In this document: piece by piece, positions 16,946 through 22,760 of the stretch
Layout of the letters: each line of letters opens with the position of its first letter
How positions within the stretch are numbered: position 1 is the stretch's first letter
Source of the DNA: Candidatus Heimdallarchaeota archaeon
GTDB taxonomy: Archaea; Asgardarchaeota; Heimdallarchaeia; Heimdallarchaeales; Heimdallarchaeaceae
Direction: 5' to 3'
NCBI GenBank assembly: GCA_030668825.1
Contig: DAOVET010000037.1
Coordinates: 1-22,760, forward strand
DNA: 22,760 bases
Program-made: the position numbers and the translations under genes
The notes under the pieces: model-generated
Database searches by the model: none
What the model was told of the DNA's origin: nothing
What the model saw: the letters and a program-made list of their open reading frames with translations, nothing else

Positions 16946-18445
16946 CTATTTCTTCTTTGCTTTTTTTAGTTTGATTTCGAAAATTGTTCCTTGTGGCTTA
17001 TTATCTAAAACTCTAATCGAACCCCCAAAAGATTCAATTACAATTTGTGCTAAAAATAATCCCATTCCACTTACTCCCTTGTCAGTTCCTTTGTATCCTT
17101 GTTGAAAAATTAGTCTTTTATTTTCTTCAGAAATACCTTTTCCATTATCGCTAACAGAAATAACAATTTCATTGTTTTGCTCCTCAATCTTTACTTCAAC
17201 ATCTATCCCCTTACCTGCATGTTGGAAAGCATTTTGTATGAAGTTAAACAAAATCGGATAAAGCAATCTATTAGCATTAACTTTTATGTTTGAGCGATAT
17301 GGATGGATTGTAACATTGTCAAAGGATTCAGCTACATTATTAATTATATTAATTTCAATAGGTTGAATTTTAAGAGATTCTAATAATTTTGATTCAGATT
17401 TGAGTAAATCTAACCTTTTAGCTACTGTATCAACTCTACTCTTAGCTCTTTCTAGATATTCTTGTTTCTTCGTTTCTTCAAACAATTCTACACCACTCTG
17501 AATTACGACCAGATCATTTAACAAATCATGACGTAATAGTGAAGTTACTGTGACTAAATCTTTAGCAAAAATGTTCATTTCCTCATAGAGAGTTTGATAC
17601 TGTTTACGTTCTTTCTCCATTTGAGAAATCGTTAAAGGTTTTTCATATTGTTCTATCATTGTGACAATTCCAACAACAAATGATGCATAACACACATTAA
17701 TGAAGAGATCAGAAACTGTTCCAATATCATATGTACCTATAGCTAAAAAATAACCTTTGGATGAATCTCCAGCTAATTTAAAAATCCATGCTACACCTAT
17801 AGTTATCCAAAAAAGAGGCGAACGCACTTTCCAGTTTAGATAGATGAAAGTTAAAGCTATTGCTAAGATATCCAGATCTATTATTATAAACACTATCCCA
17901 AATACTAAGCTGAAATAATCCTTTGCTGCTATCATTGCTGTGCTGAATGCTGTAATTAAAGGAGAAACAAGAATAATTAAAAAAATTGTGACAAAGAGAC
18001 TTGATAACTTCACTCTTCTTGGTATATGTTTCTCAGCTTTTCTGATTTGACTGATTAACAAAATATACAAAGGAATTATTGCAATAATAGATATCATATG
18101 AATGAAAATATCCAACAGAGATGTATTAGCAATTGTAATATAAGCTAACTTTGCTTCTAAAATATGAATAAAAGCTAAAAGCTCAGCCACCATAAAAAGA
18201 AAAAGAGTTATCGTCAAAGGAATTAGGTATTTTTGGTCTAATCTTTCTTTTTTAATTATTAGAATTAGGGCAATAGTTACAGCAATAATTAACATAGCTA
18301 TCTTAAAAATTGGAACGAAGTGGTAGTTAACGATTGGTTCGAGGAAAATAGGTATAATGGCAATTATCAGAGAAAAACCTGCTATTAAAGAACTAAGATT
18401 CCTCATTAATATATTATTCTTGTCCAAAGTTTTAACTTTAAGCAT
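16946..18445 (-). CDS. Membrane-bound sensor histidine kinase
   Basis: About 8 hydrophobic helices, then the H-box LLRHDLLNDL and the HATPase_c boxes N (NFIQNAFQH), G1 (DNGKGI), F and G2 (GMGLF). Confidence 0.93.
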   Translation of the reverse strand: MLKVKTLDKNNILMRNLSSLIAGFSLIIAIIPIFLEPIVNYHFVPIFKIAMLIIAVTIALILIIKKERLDQKYLIPLTITLFLFMVAELLAFIHILEAKLAYITIANTSLLDIFIHMISIIAIIPLYILLISQIRKAEKHIPRRVKLSSLFVTIFLIILVSPLITAFSTAMIAAKDYFSLVFGIVFIIIDLDILAIALTFIYLNWKVRSPLFWITIGVAWIFKLAGDSSKGYFLAIGTYDIGTVSDLFINVCYASFVVGIVTMIEQYEKPLTISQMEKERKQYQTLYEEMNIFAKDLVTVTSLLRHDLLNDLVVIQSGVELFEETKKQEYLERAKSRVDTVAKRLDLLKSESKLLESLKIQPIEINIINNVAESFDNVTIHPYRSNIKVNANRLLYPILFNFIQNAFQHAGKGIDVEVKIEEQNNEIVISVSDNGKGISEENKRLIFQQGYKGTDKGVSGMGLFLAQIVIESFGGSIRVLDNKPQGTIFEIKLKKAKKK

Positions 18446-18507
18446 GAATGCAATGCTAAATGTGTAATTTAGAAAAATTAAAATTGTTCAATATATAAAA
18501 CCGAACT

Positions 18508-18656
18508 GTGAGAAAGAGAATTATTAGTTTAATTGAGTTACCGTTTTTCTTCTATTTGTAGGTCTAGGGGTAGTCTTACCATTGGTTCTAATAGGAGTCG
18601 ACCACAATTATATTGAAATCGAGCAAATAGTTTTATACCTCATTAAAACCAGATAG
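18508..18656 (+). pseudogene. Frameshifted remnant of a signal-anchor N-terminus
   Basis: GTG 18508 reads MRKRIISLI. After an apparent 1-nt deletion (att ga gtt) it continues VTVFLLFVGLGVVLPLVLIGV... and stops at 18654-18656. Confidence 0.4.
18631..18638 (+). promoter_or_regulatory. TATA box candidate for a leaderless transcript of the 18659 gene
   Basis: TTTTATAC begins 28 bp upstream of ATG 18659 and is preceded by purine-rich CGAGCAAATAG. No RBS is present. Confidence 0.45.
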
Positions 18657-18658
18657 TT

Positions 18659-20050
18659 ATGGCCAGTAGAATCATCTCTTTTGATATTCTTCGAGGGTGG
18701 GCTATAATTGGTAACTTGATGGTTCACACATTCATGCTAGTTAGCCAAGTGCAACATATCGCAGAGACAACACCAGAACTTCTGGATACTTCAGGATACA
18801 TCATGATGGGATTAATTGTTGTTTTTGGTCACTGGAGAGGATTATTTCTACTCATCAGTGCATGTGTTCACTTGCTCATTATGCAAATGAAACTAAGAAG
18901 AGGAGTAAGGAGAGAAGTAATTCTAGTTCAAGAGTTATTTAAGGGATTACTTCTCTGGTTATGGGCAATGTTCTTTTATGTATTTCTTGCTCAATGGCAA
19001 TTATCCAAAGAATGGGTTGAAACTGGCACATCTTCTATTGAATGGCAAAACATCTATCATGCAGATCAATTCGCAAATATTGCTTGGGCAATAATGATAT
19101 CTGCAGTATTATTCTATATATTAACCTCAAATAAAAAGCTGAAGAAGCCATTAGTGATGTCAATAGTATTTGCTATAGTAGGGTGTTTGTGCATTTTCCC
19201 TGCACCTATAATTCATCAAGCTGCAAATAATTTCTGGGGTGTTGATCTACATACAGGACAACATTTAGAAAAAATTGGTGACAAGGGTTGGTGGGATTAT
19301 ATTTTGCGGATGGTGGGAAATCAGTTCAATGCGATAGAGTCACCGTTGTTTCCAAATTTTGCATATAGTGCTGTGGGATCAATTCTAGGAATTTATATTT
19401 CTCAAGAAAAGAAACCTAAGAAGGAAAAGTTCCTACTCTGGGGATATGGGCTCGCTGGAGCAACTATCGTTTTTGGTGTATTCTGGTTATTTGTGGTTGA
19501 GGGAATACCAGCTGATCCATTCATGCTTGTAGATTTTCATGTTCACCCTACTTGGTTTGTCTGGGTTACGATTGGTATGTTATTGTTTGTAGTTATTGGT
19601 TTAATGCATAGACATGAGTATAGAGAAAAAATTAATTGGGAGAAAAGATTGAAATGGTCTCGTTTCAGCAGAAGAGTAGGATTTCTATCTCTTTCAGTAT
19701 ACTCCTTCGGATCTATTCAAGCGGTTCTAAGAGTTATTCTACATTATATCTTTCCAAATCAAGGGTTCAGAGCATCTTTAGAATTAAACACAGGGATGAC
19801 CTTCCTTCTAATGGGTATAGAAATATGCTTATGGTTTGGAATTTTATGGCTATGGGAAAAATGGAACTTCAACTTGTCTCTAGAATGGTTATTTGCATTA
19901 ATCCTTAAAAGACCTTATCAAAGGAAACTGAAGGACAAACCAAAACTATTTGGTGACTTTTTGGATGTGAAAGGTCGAGTTATTAATGTTACTCCTGAAC
20001 ATTGGGTGGAGAAGACAACAGAAATATCAGCCAATAAAATAGAAAAATAG
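18659..20050 (+). CDS. Polytopic membrane protein of the HGSNAT/DUF1624/DUF418-like acyltransferase superfamily
   Basis: N-terminal RIISFDILRG.AI....MVH motif, about 10 TM helices, PLFP, G.LSLSVY and LEW near the C-terminus. Confidence 0.8.
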   Translation: MASRIISFDILRGWAIIGNLMVHTFMLVSQVQHIAETTPELLDTSGYIMMGLIVVFGHWRGLFLLISACVHLLIMQMKLRRGVRREVILVQELFKGLLLWLWAMFFYVFLAQWQLSKEWVETGTSSIEWQNIYHADQFANIAWAIMISAVLFYILTSNKKLKKPLVMSIVFAIVGCLCIFPAPIIHQAANNFWGVDLHTGQHLEKIGDKGWWDYILRMVGNQFNAIESPLFPNFAYSAVGSILGIYISQEKKPKKEKFLLWGYGLAGATIVFGVFWLFVVEGIPADPFMLVDFHVHPTWFVWVTIGMLLFVVIGLMHRHEYREKINWEKRLKWSRFSRRVGFLSLSVYSFGSIQAVLRVILHYIFPNQGFRASLELNTGMTFLLMGIEICLWFGILWLWEKWNFNLSLEWLFALILKRPYQRKLKDKPKLFGDFLDVKGRVINVTPEHWVEKTTEISANKIEK

Positions 20051-20070
20051 AGGGTGACCCTCATTTTTTT
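20050..20070 (+). terminator. Short hairpin plus T-tract terminator candidate
   Basis: GAGGG-TGA-CCCTC (20050-20062) followed by ATTTTTTT, between convergent genes. Confidence 0.5.
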
Positions 20071-20518
20071 AATTCATTAAGAAAGGTACTCCAAATGCAA
20101 AAGGTACGACAAATATTATTCCCCAAAATAGCAGCCAAACACCTATAGGTGCAATTATCTGTAGAACTAGACTCTCTCTAGCTGCTTCACGTTCAGTTTC
20201 AGCTACTCGACTATCTGCAGAGCTTTTCCCAGTGGGAACATATCTACTTGCAGTAGCAGCACCAAGTTTATCTCTACCTGCCAAAAGCAAAAGGCTTAGT
20301 GCTATCATACCTATTCCTATTTTCCCACAAAGTGAAAGTGTACCAGTCCAGTCTCTAGTAACAAGCCACACAATTAGGGGAATTAAGAGATAAACTATAG
20401 ACCATACAATACCAGCGATAAAAAAATATGCAACATCTTTTCTAGTAGCTGGAGATTTTTCTTCCTTTTTTGTTGAAACAGCTTTTTCAGCTAGCTGTTT
20501 TCTAAGACTTGAATCCAT
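20069..20518 (-). CDS. Hypothetical membrane protein (about 3 TM helices)
   Basis: 149-aa ORF with three clear hydrophobic segments; no family recognised. Confidence 0.75.
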   Translation of the reverse strand: MDSSLRKQLAEKAVSTKKEEKSPATRKDVAYFFIAGIVWSIVYLLIPLIVWLVTRDWTGTLSLCGKIGIGMIALSLLLLAGRDKLGAATASRYVPTGKSSADSRVAETEREAARESLVLQIIAPIGVWLLFWGIIFVVPFAFGVPFLMN

Positions 20519-20591
20519 TGTTTACCCTAAAAGCTAACTCTTCTATCTATAAATAGTTTTGGTGAATAACGTTAAAAAAATCTGAACTCTA

Positions 20592-21773
20592 TTATTCATT
20601 CATGGAACTATATTCTTCATTGATGAAATTGGTAGCTTCATTAATCTCATCTTGCAAGACTCTTTCTCCATCTCTGTAATATTCTGATAGATCCCATTTC
20701 AAAGACAGAAGTTCCTTGAAGTTTAAATCGGTAATTTTTTCTTCAGATATTCTTCTAAGTATTTCGTCCATAAATTGATTTTCAGGAAGCTGACTTTCTT
20801 CTCTTATACCTGGACAGGAAAAATCTACTTCGATAGTAAAATGATTGTTATCTACCTTATGTATCATGAAAGGGTAACTAAAACAGCTTAGAGGTTTACT
20901 TTCATGGATTGTACATTTCCCTTTTTTACTATCTTGAAAAACACAGACTCCTTTGTTTTGCCTTAGAGCAAGTTGAAAATCAATAATATCTCCTGACTTA
21001 TTCTTTAGATAAATTACAGGATAACAAAATTCTTCGATTCTTTTGTTAACTACAGAGGATATCTCGATTCCTTCATCTAGAGAGAGAGAAGCTAAATTCG
21101 AAGGAAAACATATCCTTTTCTCAGTAAATAATTCTTGGAAAGGTTGCTCAGTTCTATTTGGTATAGGGTTAACTGAATAGTTACTAGGTAACTCACACAT
21201 ATTGCAAAACAAGCAAGAAAAACTGATATCTGATGAAAGCATAGATTCAAACAATATATTATCCTTTATTGTTTGTTCTCTTTTTAAAACATAATTTTCA
21301 ACTTCGAAATTTATAGAATTTTTCTCTAAAATTTCATGTAACTGATTGAAAATTTCATCAATTGAAATATCTCCAAATTGTGAAAATGTTCCTCGAAAAA
21401 CTCTTTCGTTTCTTGGTTTCATTTTTTTTAAACTGTACAAATCATCCCAGATTATTGATCTTATTGTATCATCCTTTATTAAAACTATTAACTCAAGAGA
21501 AGAGTTTAATTTAACACTATCAATTCTTCGTATTATTACATCAACATCTATAGGAAGAGTTAGATTTTTCCAGTAAGTATCGATTAGATTTCTATCAGTT
21601 TTTTCTCCAAGTCCTACACTAATGCCAGTTTCCAATAACTTCTCATTGATCATTCTAAGAATATAAGGAGAGTAGTAGAAGGATTCTGGTTGAAGATTCT
21701 CTCCAATCATCAATTTCAGAAGATCTTCTTCAGCTTTTTGCTGTAATCCTTCATTAATAAGAAGTCTAGTCAT
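20592..21773 (-). CDS. YkgJ-family (CxxCxxCC-type) Zn/Fe cysteine-cluster protein with a long N-terminal extension
   Basis: FSCLFCNMC ... CVFQD...KCTIHESKPLSCFSYPF ... CPG. Confidence 0.82.
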   Translation of the reverse strand: MTRLLINEGLQQKAEEDLLKLMIGENLQPESFYYSPYILRMINEKLLETGISVGLGEKTDRNLIDTYWKNLTLPIDVDVIIRRIDSVKLNSSLELIVLIKDDTIRSIIWDDLYSLKKMKPRNERVFRGTFSQFGDISIDEIFNQLHEILEKNSINFEVENYVLKREQTIKDNILFESMLSSDISFSCLFCNMCELPSNYSVNPIPNRTEQPFQELFTEKRICFPSNLASLSLDEGIEISSVVNKRIEEFCYPVIYLKNKSGDIIDFQLALRQNKGVCVFQDSKKGKCTIHESKPLSCFSYPFMIHKVDNNHFTIEVDFSCPGIREESQLPENQFMDEILRRISEEKITDLNFKELLSLKWDLSEYYRDGERVLQDEINEATNFINEEYSSMNE

Positions 21774-21872
21774 AATTTCAAAAAACTAGAGTGATGTTCA
21801 AAATAATAATTTTTCCTATGAAATCCATAAAAAAAGAGAAAGTGAGTTTCTTTCTTATTTGAATCTTATCTA

Positions 21873-22760
21873 TTACTCTATTTTTTTATAACAATCTGGA
21901 CAATATATAGGTTTGTTAGTTTTTGGCTTGAAAGGTATCATTATCTCCTTATTACATGTTCTACAAGTAGTTTGATGCATCCTTTTGTTTGGTCTATATG
22001 GACCTGGTCTATCACCAAACCTTTCTACAACTTCAGTATCATTGTCGTGATTGTTATTAGTTACTTGTGCAGATTCAACTTCTAGCATTTGTTTTTTAAA
22101 ACACTCTCTGCAGAAAACAGGTTTTGATCCTGTGGGTTTGAAAGGTACCTGAGTCTCTTTCTTGCACTTAGCGCAAATTGCAGTATAAAGTTCAACGTTT
22201 CCTCTCTCTGATTGTCTTCTGTTTCTATCTCCATATTTGTCAGATGATCTGTCAGACGATCGATAATTTGATCTACTCCCAGAACGATTAGGAGATCTTC
22301 TTACTTGTCTAGATTTATCTTGTGTTTTTTGTTCTTGAAAACACTCTCGGCAGAAAACAGGCTTTGATCCTGTGGGTTTGAAAGGTACCTGTGTCTCTTT
22401 CTTACACTTAGCACAAGTTACAGTGTGAAGTTCAACGTTTCCTCTCTCTGATTGTCTTCTGCTTCTAGAATCATATCTATTGCTTGACCTGCTAGAAGAC
22501 TGGTAATTTGATCTACTCCCAGAACGACTAGGAGATCTTCTTGCTTGTCTAGAGCCATCTTGTGATTTTTGATCCTGAAAACACTCTCGACAATAAACAG
22601 GCTTTTTTCCTGTGGGCTTGAAAGGTACTTGGGTTTCTTTCTTACACTTAGCACAAGTTACAGTATGAAGTTCAGCGTTTCCTCTCCCTGATGGTCTTCT
22701 GTCTGATGATCTTCTATCTGATGGTCTTCTGTCTGATGATCTTCTATCTGATGGTCTTCT
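21873..22760 (-). CDS. Tandem CxxC-x17-CxxC zinc-ribbon protein with Arg/Ser/Asp-rich linkers; 5' end outside the window
   Basis: Manual translation shows one open frame from 22760 to the stop at 21873 (295 aa visible). It contains three CAKC-KKETQVPFKPTG[K/S]KPV[Y/F]-CREC units and a terminal CRTC-x17-CPDC. The 71-aa ORF in the track is only its C-terminus. Confidence 0.92.
   Translation of the reverse strand, partial: RRPSDRRSSDRRPSDRRSSDRRPSGRGNAELHTVTCAKCKKETQVPFKPTGKKPVYCRECFQDQKSQDGSRQARRSPSRSGSRSNYQSSSRSSNRYDSRSRRQSERGNVELHTVTCAKCKKETQVPFKPTGSKPVFCRECFQEQKTQDKSRQVRRSPNRSGSRSNYRSSDRSSDKYGDRNRRQSERGNVELYTAICAKCKKETQVPFKPTGSKPVFCRECFKKQMLEVESAQVTNNNHDNDTEVVERFGDRPGPYRPNKRMHQTTCRTCNKEIMIPFKPKTNKPIYCPDCYKKIE
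22099..22700. repeat. 240-bp-period intragenic tandem repeat (about 2.5 copies)
   Basis: Positions 22141, 22381 and 22621 all start AAAGGTAC; 22201, 22441 and 22681 all start CCTCTC; 22264-22301 and 22504-22541 are nearly identical. Confidence 0.93.
22688..22760. repeat. 30-bp (2x15-bp) perfect tandem repeat encoding RRPSD-RRSSD, running off the window end
   Basis: CTGATGGTCTTCTGTCTGATGATCTTCTAT x2 plus a partial third copy. Confidence 0.93.

Noticed and set aside
18555-18605. Structured RNA or riboswitch in a GC-richer intergenic patch
   Set aside because: Only 4-bp stems are present and no known motif is recognised; it is better explained as a coding remnant.
1555-21576. Short overlapping ORFs (1555..1863, 4842..5042, 7279..7515, 8236..8544, 9906..10103, 12765..12947, 14630..14818, 16692..16874, 16908..17105, 19636..19908, 21346..21576)
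   Set aside because: These are shadow frames of well-supported genes, with no recognisable motifs.
22418-22654. 78-aa minus-strand ORF in the track
   Set aside because: It is an alternative frame inside the zinc-ribbon gene.
22099-22700. DGR template/variable repeat pair
   Set aside because: Differences are mostly synonymous and not adenine-specific, all copies are coding, and there is no reverse transcriptase in the window.
22688-22760. CRISPR array or non-coding satellite
   Set aside because: There are no unique spacers; the units are in-frame coding repeats of an open ORF.

Overview
AT-rich (roughly 30% GC by eye) archaeal chromosomal segment, most likely Asgard archaea (Heimdallarchaeia-like). 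This is inferred from GGTGA/GGAGG ribosome-binding sites, TATA/BRE-like promoters, oligo-T terminators and the protein families present. It is an accessory region. Surface and secreted proteins: a beta-helix protein, a Kelch propeller, a serine hydrolase interrupted by one in-frame TGA, and an Ig-like protein. Also present: a fused MacB/FtsX-type ABC transporter, a 2-hydroxyacyl-CoA dehydratase-like gene pair, HEAT and TPR solenoids, an orphan histidine kinase, an HGSNAT/DUF1624-like membrane protein, a YkgJ-like Cys-cluster protein, and a 5'-truncated tandem CxxC-x17-CxxC zinc-ribbon protein. No rRNA, tRNA, CRISPR array, transposase or reverse transcriptase was recognised. The most notable signals are: (1) a homologous ~100-bp upstream module with a palindromic operator in front of two unrelated surface proteins that share signal-peptide/Cys/anchor architecture; (2) a HEAT-repeat protein ending in a canonical PCNA-binding PIP box (QKRITDFF); (3) a long ORF, mostly missed by the ORF track, with at least 4 zinc ribbons joined by Arg/Ser-rich linkers; (4) several decayed gene remnants in the intergenic gaps.
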